Of a DNA stretch of 64,000 nucleotides, positions 1 through 8,390 are shown in pieces. The stretch comes from a virus. The stretch is taken from positions 10,284-74,283 of IMG/VR virus record IMGVR_UViG_3300023179_000080, one strand, 5' to 3'. Positions within the stretch are counted from its first letter, which is position 1, and every line of letters starts with the position of its first letter. The notes beneath the pieces were generated by a model. The model had not been told where the DNA came from and ran no database searches. It saw nothing but the letters and a program-made list of their open reading frames with translations. The position numbers and the translations under genes are program-made.

Positions 1-77
1 TCGACGGGGTGAAGAAGCCCCTCTACATCTACAACAGCCAGGCCACCGCGGTGGCTGACATGGCGGCTGCGGGTTGA
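1..77 (+). CDS. 3' end of hypothetical protein (partial)
   Basis: GC3-rich open frame ...DGVKKPLYIYNSQATAVADMAAAG ending TGA at 75-77. Confidence 0.6.
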   Translation, partial: DGVKKPLYIYNSQATAVADMAAAG

Positions 78-87
78 TCCCGCTCGA

Positions 88-161
88 GCGGGGGTAGCTC
101 GATTGGACAGAGCAGCGGACTCTTAATCCGTTGGTTACGGGTTCAACTCCCGTCCCCCGCA
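88..161 (+). tRNA. tRNA-Lys(CTT)
   Basis: Acceptor GCGGGGG/CCCCCGC; anticodon arm GCGGA-CTCTTAA-TCCGT; T loop GTTCAAC. Confidence 0.93.
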
Positions 162-204
162 CTGGACCGCCGGTGTTCCCGGACTGTCACCGGCCGGTCC
201 CCTT

Positions 205-276
205 GCCGCCTTAGCTCAGTGGTAGAGCAACGGTTTTGTAAACCGTAGGTCTCGAGTTCAAGTCTCGACGGCGGCT
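205..276 (+). tRNA. tRNA-Thr(TGT)
   Basis: TAGCTCAGTGGTAGAGC D arm; ACGGT-TTTGTAA-ACCGT; GTTCAAG T loop. Confidence 0.93.
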
Positions 277-310
277 CTGATGAAAGGAATTTGACACACA
301 CTAACAGTAT

Positions 311-388
311 GCCCCTGTACCGGACTCGACTTCTAATCGAGATTACCGTAGCTGGATGACGCAGGTTCGAATCCTGCCAGGGGTGCCA
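311..388 (+). tRNA. atypical D-armless tRNA-Arg(TCT)-like RNA with encoded CCA
   Basis: Acceptor GCCCCTG/CAGGGGT+G+CCA; CTCGA-CTTCTAA-TCGAG; T arm GCAGG-TTCGAAT-CCTGC; only 7 nt where the D arm should be; 19-nt variable region. Confidence 0.75.
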
Positions 389-403
389 CCCCCACCGGGG
401 ACC

Positions 404-475
404 GCGGAGGTAGCTCAATGGTAGAGCCCCAGTTTTCCAAACTGGATGTTGCGGGTTCGAGCCCCGTCCTCCGCT
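404..475 (+). tRNA. tRNA-Gly(TCC)
   Basis: GCGGAGG/CCTCCGC; CCAGT-TTTCCAA-ACTGG. Confidence 0.93.
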
Positions 476-481
476 CACATC

Positions 482-557
482 GGATCAATAGCTCAGTCGG
501 TAGAGCAGCGGACTTTTAATCCGTTGGTCGTGGGTTCGAGCCCCACCTGATCCACCA
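482..557 (+). tRNA. tRNA-Lys(TTT)
   Basis: GCGGA-CTTTTAA-TCCGT; canonical D and T arms; encoded CCA. Confidence 0.93.
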
Positions 558-598
558 CCCCGCCACGACCGGCGGGGGAGACAAAGAGAGAATACACA

Positions 599-892
599 AT
601 GAGCAAGCGATTCCGTACCACAGACATGGACACCACCCCCAACCGCCCAGACACCACCCAGTTCTACACGATGTACGTGGTGCGTGACTCCCACAAGCGG
701 CAGTTCCTCACCCGACGCGCGTACAGCGGCGCCGCGGCACGCGGTGGGTGGGACACCCTGCCGGGGGCACACCTGTTCCAGAGCATCTGGCAGGCGTCCT
801 CGTGCGCCTCGTCGATCGCCCGTCGTAACCCCGGCGCTCGTCGGCCCGAGGTCCGCCCAGTCCTCGTGACCCGCCGCATCCCACGGGCCTGA
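599..892 (+). CDS. hypothetical protein
   Basis: ATG after purine-rich RBS; GC3-biased 97 aa ORF between tRNAs. Confidence 0.65.
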   Translation: MSKRFRTTDMDTTPNRPDTTQFYTMYVVRDSHKRQFLTRRAYSGAAARGGWDTLPGAHLFQSIWQASSCASSIARRNPGARRPEVRPVLVTRRIPRA

Positions 893-900
893 CCCCATCC

Positions 901-962
901 GTCACCCCCGGGTCCGCACCCCACCGGACCGGGCCATCCCCCTCGGCGGACCCGGGGGTGAC
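901..962. repeat. 17-bp perfect inverted repeat (long hairpin)
   Basis: GTCACCCCCGGGTCCGC (901-917) / GCGGACCCGGGGGTGAC (946-962). Confidence 0.85.
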
Positions 963-1000
963 ACCTACTTATCACCGCGCGGACTGGTGCCGCGCACCCA

Positions 1001-1074
1001 CTCCCCGTAGCTCAGCTGGAGAGAGCGGCGGTTTCCTAAACCGCAGGCCGGATGTTCGAGACGTCCCGGGGAGA
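1001..1074 (+). tRNA. tRNA-Arg(CCT)
   Basis: CTCCCCG/CGGGGAG; GCGGT-TTCCTAA-ACCGC; D loop CAGCTGGAGAG. Confidence 0.92.
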
Positions 1075-1107
1075 CCCCACACGAGAGACCGCAACAAGGA
1101 GAGAGAC

Positions 1108-1329
1108 ATGAGTGACATGACACCTGATCGCGCCGTGGGCGCAGCACTGGCCGCGACCGCCGCTGCCGCGAGGGCATGCGAGGAGGCCGCGCTCGTCCTC
1201 CGCGACGCTGGGCGGGAGCCGGATCCCAACTACTCCACCGCGGTGGGGCACCTCGAGCTCGCGGCCGTTGAACTAGCGGCGATGGGCCGGCGGGTCCTGG
1301 GGCACAGCGTGAGACCCCGGGTGCCCTGA
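1108..1329 (+). CDS. hypothetical Ala-rich protein
   Basis: AAGGAG RBS before ATG 1108. Confidence 0.65.
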   Translation: MSDMTPDRAVGAALAATAAAARACEEAALVLRDAGREPDPNYSTAVGHLELAAVELAAMGRRVLGHSVRPRVP

Positions 1330-1655
1330 TGGGGCGGGGGCGCCCCCCATCGCAGGGCCGGCAGAGGGGCTGTATACGGGGTGGGGGGCGCCCCTTCAGA
1401 GGGCCATCGGAGGGCACTGCCATGCCGGGGGGCGCCCCCCATCAGAGTGGCCATCTGAGCCCCTATATGGGGGGCGGGCGCCCCCCCTCTGCGGCATACT
1501 GTGTGGAGGTTCTCTGCGGCGGCGGGCGCTAAGCCCCTCCAAAAATTCCCGGGACACATTTCCCATCCGATTGACCCCTCCCGCCCGAAATTTCCCGGGA
1601 GGATTTCTGGATCCCCGGTACCCATGCCCTCCCCCGGAGGGTGGGGCGCCCACGT
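1330..1655. repeat. GC-rich non-coding region with repeated GGG(G)CGCCC(C) palindromes
   Basis: Palindromes centred at ~1341, 1389, 1433, 1479 and 1647; AAATT(T)CCC(C)GGGA twice. Confidence 0.65.
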
Positions 1656-1719
1656 TTAAGTCCCGCCAGTCCCGCCTCCGTTGTACGGTCTGTCCCATGC
1701 AGTATACTGTCGACCAGTG

Positions 1720-2067
1720 ATGCACATCGAGCCTCCGCACCCCGACCCGTGGGTCACCGCCCTGATCGAGCACCTCCGTTCCGCCCCGCGCAACCTGTGG
1801 GGTGTGGTGCCCCGGGTCACCTGCCGGGACGGCTTCTCCGTGTCGATCCAGGCCTCCCGCCACAGCTACTGTGATCCCCGCACCGACGAGGGCCCGTGGA
1901 GCGCGGTCGAGCTGGGCTACCCGAGCGTGATCGAGCCCCTCATCTGGAGGTGGGCCGAGTCCCCCGGCCGGTGGACCGACACCGTGTATCCATGGGTCCC
2001 GATCGAGGTGGCAGCCGCCGTCATCGAGTGCCACGGGGGAATTGCCGAGAAATCAACCGAAGGTTGA
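1720..2067 (+). CDS. conserved phage hypothetical protein (C.DGFS.S.QAS...YC.PR family)
   Basis: Motifs TCRDGFSVSIQASRHSYCDPR, VELGYPS, TVYPWVP...HGG; promoter TTGTAC..TATACT upstream. Confidence 0.75.
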   Translation: MHIEPPHPDPWVTALIEHLRSAPRNLWGVVPRVTCRDGFSVSIQASRHSYCDPRTDEGPWSAVELGYPSVIEPLIWRWAESPGRWTDTVYPWVPIEVAAAVIECHGGIAEKSTEG

Positions 2068-2119
2068 CACCCCTCGATTTTCTCCCAATATTCTCGAGGG
2101 TCACATCATAGTTATCGAT

Positions 2120-2292
2120 CATGCACCCCCGATACCGCCGCCTCCGCGAATCGATCGCCCAGCTGGGCGACATCGCCTGGGCCGACCGGCGGTCCGATCG
2201 ACCGCCTCACCTACCTCGTCGACGGCCTGGGCCGTCCCAGGAGTGATGAGTCGCTCCTGCGGGCTGCCATTCGCAAGATGCTGGTGGGCTGA
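2120..2292 (+). pseudogene. probable frameshifted small ORF
   Basis: MHPRYRRLRESIAQLGDIAW continues with good codon bias only after a 1-nt shift near 2181 (..PIDRLTYLVDGLGR..KMLVG*). Confidence 0.35.
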
Positions 2293-2298
2293 TCTCCG

Positions 2299-2337
2299 GT
2301 GCAAACCCGGGAGGGTCGGGTGTAGAGTGTATCCATG
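2299..2337 (+). promoter_or_regulatory. early promoter GTGCAA-N18-TAGAGT-N6-ATG
   Basis: Member of repeated motif family. Confidence 0.7.
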
Positions 2338-2622
2338 CTGGACCCCTCGACGATCAGGGACAAGGAAGTTCACCGTGCGGCTCCCACCTATGCCGCCCTC
2401 ACCGCCGCCCTCCGGGAGTTGCGGGACACGGGTCGATTCTACTACGAGTCGACGGGCGAGGGGCAAGTGTTGGAGGCGACTGCTCAACTCGCCCTCGACG
2501 AGCTGGAGGTTGCGATGGCGGAGATGCCCGCCCTCCGCCGGTTCCTCGGGGTGATGCTGATCGCACGGGAGTCGCGCCTCGCTGCCGACCGCCGCCGGGA
2601 GAAGAGCAAGAGCCGGCGATGA
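2335..2622 (+). CDS. hypothetical protein
   Basis: ATG at the fixed distance from the early promoter. Confidence 0.75.
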   Translation: MLDPSTIRDKEVHRAAPTYAALTAALRELRDTGRFYYESTGEGQVLEATAQLALDELEVAMAEMPALRRFLGVMLIARESRLAADRRREKSKSRR

Positions 2623-2808
2623 GGGTAGGTGACGCCCTCGCCCGCCCTGCAGTCGCAATGATCACCCGGGTGGAGGCGGTCCTCACCGAGGGGGGACGGG
2701 CACCGCAGTTGATGATGTTTTCGATGCCACGGCTCGACCTGAGATAAATCTCTTTATTTGCGATGGATTGCCCAAATTCACAGTGGGCATTATATTTAAT
2801 CCACCGAC

Positions 2809-3798
2809 ATGAGCCGTATCCTACGAGAATATATCAAGGGCGTCCTTACAGAAGAAGTGGTCAGCATCCGCCGGGCCGACGGCAGCGAGGGGACGTACGA
2901 TGTCACCTTCGATAAGGCGGGTGGAATCTCTCGCGGTAAGCTGTACAAGTTCTCGAAAGACCAACTGAGCGCGCTCGAGGACTCTCGGGTCAGGGAGTAC
3001 ACGGGCATCTCTGACGCACAGATCCTGGCAAAGATCAGCTCAGTCAAGAAGGCGGGCGGCCCGGTGCTGGCGCCCCTCCCATCCTCCGGATGGCCCTCGG
3101 TCATCGTCGATGCGATGTTGAATTACTGGGGTGACGCGGTCGAGTGGGCCCCCGTCAACCGCACGGGAAAGGGTGAGGCTGCGATGCACCTTGCCTTCGC
3201 GTCGTCCGATGCACACGAGCCCGATTTCGTGTCAGCTGACGGGTCCGTGAAGATGTCGATAAAGCACTTTCAGAACGGCGGTGGCACTGCGAGATCGGGT
3301 GACTCCCCCGCGGTCAAGACCCTCACGATCAAACTGCTCACGACGTTTGACAAGCTCACCGGGTCGAAGCTCATGGGGATGAAGACCGCCTCGGGTGTCG
3401 TCGCACGAGAATACTTGCTCAATGAATTCATGGTGCAGAAGTCGCCGGCCGAGCGGGCCCGTGCGATCAAGAGGGTCGCCGCGGAGGTCAGACCCATCGT
3501 CGACGAGCTGATGACGGAAGTCGCATCAGAGCACGGGGCGATGGGGATCCTCGTCCTCTGCACGGGCAATGCAGAGTGGATGCCCGCCGAGCGCGGCGCG
3601 GAGTTGTTACACCTCGACGCCGTCCGAAATGACCTCCGAGCGCAGTTCTGCTACAGACCCTGGTTGACTGAGAAGCGTAATACGTGGCAGAAAGTGCTGG
3701 ATGAGATGAGCCAAATCACGCCTGCTGCCCTCGGCGGGGCCGCCCCTCCTCCGCCGGCCAAACCCGCACCACCGGGCAAGAAAAGCACGCTTCGCTGA
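2809..3798 (+). CDS. hypothetical protein with N-terminal LREYIK leader; possible PD-(D/E)XK-like core
   Basis: 329 aa; MSRILREYIKGVLTEE; GKGE...EPDF...SIK; ATATTTA upstream. Confidence 0.75.
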   Translation: MSRILREYIKGVLTEEVVSIRRADGSEGTYDVTFDKAGGISRGKLYKFSKDQLSALEDSRVREYTGISDAQILAKISSVKKAGGPVLAPLPSSGWPSVIVDAMLNYWGDAVEWAPVNRTGKGEAAMHLAFASSDAHEPDFVSADGSVKMSIKHFQNGGGTARSGDSPAVKTLTIKLLTTFDKLTGSKLMGMKTASGVVAREYLLNEFMVQKSPAERARAIKRVAAEVRPIVDELMTEVASEHGAMGILVLCTGNAEWMPAERGAELLHLDAVRNDLRAQFCYRPWLTEKRNTWQKVLDEMSQITPAALGGAAPPPPAKPAPPGKKSTLR

Positions 3799-3839
3799 GC
3801 TCTGTGCAAAGGTGACCACCCTCGTAGTAGGGTGGACCC

Positions 3840-4094
3840 ATGATGGACAGCAGACGACCCCTGGGCTTCTACGATCGATACAGTGTCACCGCACCCTCCA
3901 CCTTCCCCCGTGGCTGCCGGGTACGGGTCACGGGTGGGGCATTTGAAGGTGAGGAGGGCATCGTCCTCGACGATGACCCCACACCCCGCCTGCCGGGCAA
4001 CCCGGCAGCGGTCATCTCTCTCCTCAGTGAGGCGTGGCTGGATGAGCCCCTCCGCTTCAACCACCGGGACCTCGCCTGGGCGCCCGCTCCCTGA
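3840..4094 (+). CDS. KOW/SH3-like small protein
   Basis: GCRVRVTGGAFEGEEGIV KOW motif; early promoter at 3804-3833. Confidence 0.7.
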   Translation: MMDSRRPLGFYDRYSVTAPSTFPRGCRVRVTGGAFEGEEGIVLDDDPTPRLPGNPAAVISLLSEAWLDEPLRFNHRDLAWAPAP

Positions 4095-4158
4095 TTTTCC
4101 AGGGACCCTTTAAACTTCTCAGGCCGGAGTCTCTCGACTTACCGGCCTGATCCCTATT

Positions 4159-4611
4159 TCACAGGTGGCTGTCGTCCGGCAGGTTGGCCGACTCCGGATG
4201 GCTCTCATTCCAGGACGCGTCCCCGCCGTGCTTCTTTTGGTACGCGGCGAAGATCTCGGCCGCCGCGCCGGCGCCGATGCCCAGAGCGCCCAGGGCCGAC
4301 ACCGCCATCGGTAGTGTGGACATGTCCGCACCTGATGCTGCTACGATGCCGCCCAGCAGCAGGACCCCCGCCGCCATCACGTTGCCGCCTAGGCCCTCTC
4401 TCAGTCGACGACGGGTGCCTCGGAGACGTCGAGCTCGTGACTCTTTCACCTGGTCACCCAGCGCGTCCTTGAGAGCATCGAGCTGATCCTGCAGCTCTGG
4501 GTCGTCGGCAACGATTCTTTTGACCTCTGCGGGGCTCGGTCCCGACTCGTTGATGACCCTTGAGATTTCTTCCTTAATTACGCGACGAAGCTGTGATAGT
4601 CTGATCCTCAT
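4159..4611 (-). CDS. putative virion/internal protein with LRRVIKEE leader and C-terminal hydrophobic helices
   Basis: MRIRLSQLRRVIKEEISRVINES; GAGGA RBS. Confidence 0.7.
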   Translation of the reverse strand: MRIRLSQLRRVIKEEISRVINESGPSPAEVKRIVADDPELQDQLDALKDALGDQVKESRARRLRGTRRRLREGLGGNVMAAGVLLLGGIVAASGADMSTLPMAVSALGALGIGAGAAAEIFAAYQKKHGGDASWNESHPESANLPDDSHL

Positions 4612-4668
4612 ATTGTTCCTCTTGATGAGCAGTGCTGCTGAGATATATTCCATCACATAAAAAGTTTC

Positions 4669-5130
4669 GTGGGATCGACGTATAGTTATTCCATGCTGTG
4701 GGATCGAGTGGTTCGATATGTCACTGGAGCGCCCGTACCGGGCGAGCTCTTGTACATGCGAGACTTCGGTGCTAGTTGTCCGTTGTGGAAGACGGGAGAG
4801 GGACATGGCGTGATGGGTCGGGTCCCATCGGGTTCGCTGCTGGTCGCCTTGGGGGATGTGACAGATACCCACATCAGAGTCCTAGCACCCTCCGGAACCG
4901 TCGGGTGGATCCACCGCAACTATACCGTGGGCCACCCCCCACCCGGGCTAATCGCCTTTACCGTCAAGGCCCTCGCCCAGCCCGCCCGCAGGGTCATGAT
5001 CCTCGCCGGAGCTTTCCTGTTCGGCGCTGAGATCTTGGGGGTCTCCTCCCCCCGTGACATTGCCACCCCGCCGAGCCACCCACCCCGGGCCCCTGAGGAG
5101 ACACCCCCAGGTCGAGCAGGTGGGCAGTAG
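4669..5130 (+). CDS. SH3-like hypothetical protein
   Basis: IRVLAPSGTVGWIH motif; start uncertain. Confidence 0.55.
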   Translation: MGSTYSYSMLWDRVVRYVTGAPVPGELLYMRDFGASCPLWKTGEGHGVMGRVPSGSLLVALGDVTDTHIRVLAPSGTVGWIHRNYTVGHPPPGLIAFTVKALAQPARRVMILAGAFLFGAEILGVSSPRDIATPPSHPPRAPEETPPGRAGGQ

Positions 5131-5295
5131 ATCTTCCGTGTAGACGGTGCCGTCCTGTATTATACTGAACCTGAGGTGATAGGGTATCTTCTCTATCCGC
5201 AGGATGATGATTGGTGGTCCCTCTGCGGGGACGATTGCGTCCCCCACCCGCAGAGTGTCGACGGTGATCCACCGCATTTTCGTCGACGAACTCAT
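4948..5295 (-). CDS. small beta-barrel hypothetical protein
   Basis: LRVGDAIV..IIILRIEK..FSIIQDGTVY; 3' end overlaps the neighbouring gene. Confidence 0.4.
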   Translation of the reverse strand: MSSSTKMRWITVDTLRVGDAIVPAEGPPIIILRIEKIPYHLRFSIIQDGTVYTEDLLPTCSTWGCLLRGPGWVARRGGNVTGGGDPQDLSAEQESSGEDHDPAGGLGEGLDGKGD

Positions 5296-5350
5296 GTGAT
5301 ATGTAGGAGATCGCAGGCGTTTTTTGTCGACCTGCATACGTATTTGTGTG

Positions 5351-5560
5351 ATGAATAACACCGCTCCCAGCCCATTCGAGGTAGTAGATCGTGAGCTGCT
5401 TGAGGCTGCCCGCAAATATACGGCCGCGGTCCGTGCCGGTGGCGGAGCCGACGCTCTGCCCCGCCTGATGCACGAGTTCCACGCCATCCTAACACGCCAC
5501 GGTTGGACCCATGAAGATTGGGCACGAAAGACTGCGAAGCCGGGTCCAACCGATAAGTGA
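5351..5560 (+). CDS. hypothetical protein
   Basis: ATG 5351; compact gene packing. Confidence 0.55.
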   Translation: MNNTAPSPFEVVDRELLEAARKYTAAVRAGGGADALPRLMHEFHAILTRHGWTHEDWARKTAKPGPTDK

Positions 5561-5592
5561 AAAGTTAGGGACCGCGGTTGTATACTATATCC

Positions 5593-5778
5593 ATGAGGGA
5601 TGGTTACACCCAAGTCCACAATCAAGACCTCGAGATCTTGAAGAAACTTCTCGACGAAAAGATCAGCAAGATTGAGACACTCCTGGGGGAGGCTAGTCGG
5701 GTCGGCGGGGCTCACGATTACTATTCGATGCGCCACAGTGAGCTCGTCGAGATGCGCCGGCGGCTAGTGACGCAATGA
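5593..5778 (+). CDS. hypothetical protein
   Basis: GTGAAA-N18-TATACT-N6-ATG. Confidence 0.7.
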   Translation: MRDGYTQVHNQDLEILKKLLDEKISKIETLLGEASRVGGAHDYYSMRHSELVEMRRRLVTQ

Positions 5779-6095
5779 ACGTCTTCGAACACTCCTTTGG
5801 CTCGTCCCACTACCGCGTCACCATCGTTCCCAAGAGCCACGTCATCGTGGAGCGCTTCGACAACGGCGGCCTGGTCGGCATGCAGCGCTTCGTCCCGGGC
5901 GACCAGGCCGAGTACGACTCCTACAACCTCTCCTACTACGGCCCCATCCTCTCCATCGGGGCCAAGACCATCACCGTCCAGACCACGGGCGGCGGCAAGA
6001 AGATGTTGAAGCCCGACACCTTCGCCTGGCGCAACTGGAACTTCTCCCCCTCCGAGGCGGCTGTCAAGAACTCGGAAACGATGCAGTACATCTGA
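5775..6095 (+). CDS. conserved phage hypothetical protein
   Basis: F..GDQAEYDSYNLSYYGPI..I..KT; strong GC3 bias; ATGA overlap. Confidence 0.8.
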   Translation: MNVFEHSFGSSHYRVTIVPKSHVIVERFDNGGLVGMQRFVPGDQAEYDSYNLSYYGPILSIGAKTITVQTTGGGKKMLKPDTFAWRNWNFSPSEAAVKNSETMQYI

Positions 6096-6811
6096 TGAAG
6101 ACCTTCGACATCGACGCCCTGGTCCCGGACTACAAGGGGTCGTTCCACCTCCCAAAGCATCCCACGGCGGAGCAGAGGAAGATGCACGAGCTGTCCCGCC
6201 GGGTGCACACCACTTTCGGATACGGGTCTCCCCACTTGCGCCCAGGTGTCAAACCCGAGAAGGTGCTGGACTGGCGCCAGCTGGAGCAGAGAACCGAGGA
6301 GCTTCGCTTCAAGTGGAAGTCGGCCTCCAATGCCTACTGGTCTGCCTTGCGTGAGGCGTACGGGAAGAGAAAGAAGCGCGACACCCTCTACATCTTCATC
6401 AACTCGGACTGGCTCGTCTCGTACAAGGGCGGAGACTCCTACAGCTACGAGGACTCTCGAAGCCTCGTCGCGTGTAAGATTGCCGCCCCTCGAGACGGCG
6501 GTGAGTTCAGGGTCCTCAAGGCCGACGACGGAGGACGCCGCATCGGCCGGCTCCTGGCACGGGAGAGGTCATGCCGCGCGGCGTATCAAGTCTACGACCG
6601 AGTCCTGAAGCGTGCCCTGTCGGACAGGATTAGAGTGCATCTGGGAGAGATCCACGAAGAAGTGGGAGATCACCAGCCGTACTACGAACCGCAGGTCTTC
6701 CTCATCGAGAACGGGGGCAGGGTTCGAGTCGCCCAGTCCACGACAAGCGGTGGGATCTTTTGGATCGAAGGCGAAGTTCTGCTCACACCTGGGTCTATAT
6801 CTATAGTGTGA
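6095..6811 (+). CDS. hypothetical protein
   Basis: 238 aa; TGATG coupling. Confidence 0.75.
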   Translation: MKTFDIDALVPDYKGSFHLPKHPTAEQRKMHELSRRVHTTFGYGSPHLRPGVKPEKVLDWRQLEQRTEELRFKWKSASNAYWSALREAYGKRKKRDTLYIFINSDWLVSYKGGDSYSYEDSRSLVACKIAAPRDGGEFRVLKADDGGRRIGRLLARERSCRAAYQVYDRVLKRALSDRIRVHLGEIHEEVGDHQPYYEPQVFLIENGGRVRVAQSTTSGGIFWIEGEVLLTPGSISIV

Positions 6812-7152
6812 AGGTTCCGACTGGGTCTATGTGGAGGGTCGTCGCATCGAATATTGCACCCCATATGTCCCAGTCCTTCAACGGTATCTGGGTGACTCCT
6901 GAGCCCCGACCGCCCATGACCTTCCACCCCGTCGGCGGTGAACACTACCTAGCTCCCGGGACGATCATCGTCGTGGGTGATACAGTGCGTAGAGGCCTGG
7001 AGGGCAATCTGAAGCACCAAGAGTTCGTCCGGGTCTTCTTGCCCTGCGTGGGTTGGGTCAACAGGGTGTACTTCAATGATTCTCTACGACGACTCGAGCG
7101 GGTCGATGACGAAACAACGATCGAGAATGGCACACAGGCAAATGAAAAGTAA
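6808..7152 (+). CDS. SH3-like hypothetical protein (paralog of 20358..20672)
   Basis: VPTGSMWRV...HQEFVRVFLPCVGWVNRVYFN..LERV. Confidence 0.7.
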   Translation: MKVPTGSMWRVVASNIAPHMSQSFNGIWVTPEPRPPMTFHPVGGEHYLAPGTIIVVGDTVRRGLEGNLKHQEFVRVFLPCVGWVNRVYFNDSLRRLERVDDETTIENGTQANEK

Positions 7153-7498
7153 GGGTAACAAGGTCAAGAAGGGCGACGTCTACCTCATGTCGACCGGTTC
7201 CTCGGTCTTCTACATCCGCTCCCAACAGGAGCTGGATGCCCTGTACGAGGACGACCGCCGCCGGGGCGACACGCTTGACTCAGCGGGTGAACCCCGTATC
7301 CACAACCGCCAAGGTCGGATCCACTTCACAGAACCCACCACGGTCATGGTCGTCGGCCTGACCGGTGCACAGTGGGGCTCTTGGTACAACAAGCCCGTCG
7401 GACTGGTGCGAGCAGTTGTCACTTCCGGTCCCTCCCTGGGAAGGGAGGTCACGGTGACGAAGGCGGCATTGTTGGCTTCCGTGCAAAGTCACGGCTGA
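7142..7498 (+). CDS. hypothetical protein
   Basis: GC3-biased ORF. Confidence 0.65.
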   Translation: MKSKGNKVKKGDVYLMSTGSSVFYIRSQQELDALYEDDRRRGDTLDSAGEPRIHNRQGRIHFTEPTTVMVVGLTGAQWGSWYNKPVGLVRAVVTSGPSLGREVTVTKAALLASVQSHG

Positions 7499-7519
7499 AA
7501 GTGGTATAGTAAAACCATG
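7481..7519 (+). promoter_or_regulatory. early leaderless promoter (type example GTGCAAAGTCACGGCTGAAAGTGGTATAGTAAAACCATG)
   Basis: Same geometry at 7706, 7892, 8355, 8769, 9749, 13991, 14204, 15455, 17800, 19130, 35031, 37333. Confidence 0.85.
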
Positions 7520-7678
7520 AAGAACGAAGCCATCTACGAGATCGCATACTACACCCCCAAGGGCAAGCCCGGCCGGAAGCAGGTCCGTCAGTCACGGATG
7601 GTCCAGGAAGCTCGGAAGCTCCACGAGTCCGGGTACCACTGCATCCAGATCTCCGCCTACCCCCTGATCGAGGCCTGA
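7517..7678 (+). CDS. 53-aa hypothetical protein (not in ORF track)
   Basis: MKNEAIYEIAYYTPKGKPGRKQV...LHESGY; directly behind early promoter. Confidence 0.7.
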   Translation: MKNEAIYEIAYYTPKGKPGRKQVRQSRMVQEARKLHESGYHCIQISAYPLIEA

Positions 7679-7693
7679 CCCCCTTCGGGGGTC
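7677..7693 (+). terminator. GC hairpin with TTCG tetraloop
   Basis: GACCCCC-TTCG-GGGGTC right after the stop codon. Confidence 0.5.
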
Positions 7694-7741
7694 TCCCCCG
7701 AACCAGTGCAAAGTTCAACCGCAAAGTGGTATAGTTAATCC

Positions 7742-7909
7742 ATGGACATCATCAAGTATCGCATCACCTACCGCGACGCCATGGGCATGCCTGGGTTCAA
7801 GGATGTGCTTGCATCCCAAGTTTACAGGGCAGTGCAGAACCTCACCGACAAGGGTTACACCATGGTTGTAATCAATCCTGAGCCTCACATTGTGCAAAGT
7901 CATTCCTGA
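7742..7909 (+). CDS. 55-aa hypothetical protein (not in ORF track), paralog of 7517..7678
   Basis: MDIIKYRITYRDAMGMPGFKDV...LTDKGY; behind early promoter. Confidence 0.7.
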   Translation: MDIIKYRITYRDAMGMPGFKDVLASQVYRAVQNLTDKGYTMVVINPEPHIVQSHS

Positions 7910-7927
7910 AAAGGGTATAGTAGTCTC

Positions 7928-8350
7928 ATGAGCACACACTCCTACATCGGCATCCAGAATGACGAAGGCTCCATCCACGCGATCTACTGTCACTACGACG
8001 GCTACCTCGAAGGCGTCGGCGCGGACCTCCTCCAACACTGGTCGGACCCGGAGAAGCTGGGGCGGCTCATCGATCTGGGAGACCTCTCGGGCCTCGGTGA
8101 CGACCTAGACACCACCCAGGCCTATGAGCGGGACTTCGGCGAGTCGAACGCCGGTTGCCGAGGCTTCTCCGACCTGGAGGAGCTTCGCTTCGAGGCCATG
8201 GGTGCGTACTCCTACGTCCTCACCCCGTCCGGTTGGATCTACTCCAACAACGGGGAGCGGTTCCGTCCCTTCCCGGCTGCCTTCGTGGCCAAGTATGCTC
8301 CCCAGCCTGAGCAGCTCTCCCTCCCGTTCCCCGCTGCCGAGCAGCACTGA
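7928..8350 (+). CDS. conserved phage protein (IYCHxDGY family)
   Basis: MSTHSYIG..IYCHYDGYLEGVG..L..GDLS. Confidence 0.8.
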   Translation: MSTHSYIGIQNDEGSIHAIYCHYDGYLEGVGADLLQHWSDPEKLGRLIDLGDLSGLGDDLDTTQAYERDFGESNAGCRGFSDLEELRFEAMGAYSYVLTPSGWIYSNNGERFRPFPAAFVAKYAPQPEQLSLPFPAAEQH

Positions 8351-8390
8351 GTCCGTGCAAAGTCACGATTGAAAGATGTATACTGAGAAC

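Noticed and set aside
277-300. CTGATGA as a hammerhead ribozyme core
   Set aside because: No stem II followed by GAAA, and no flanking stems
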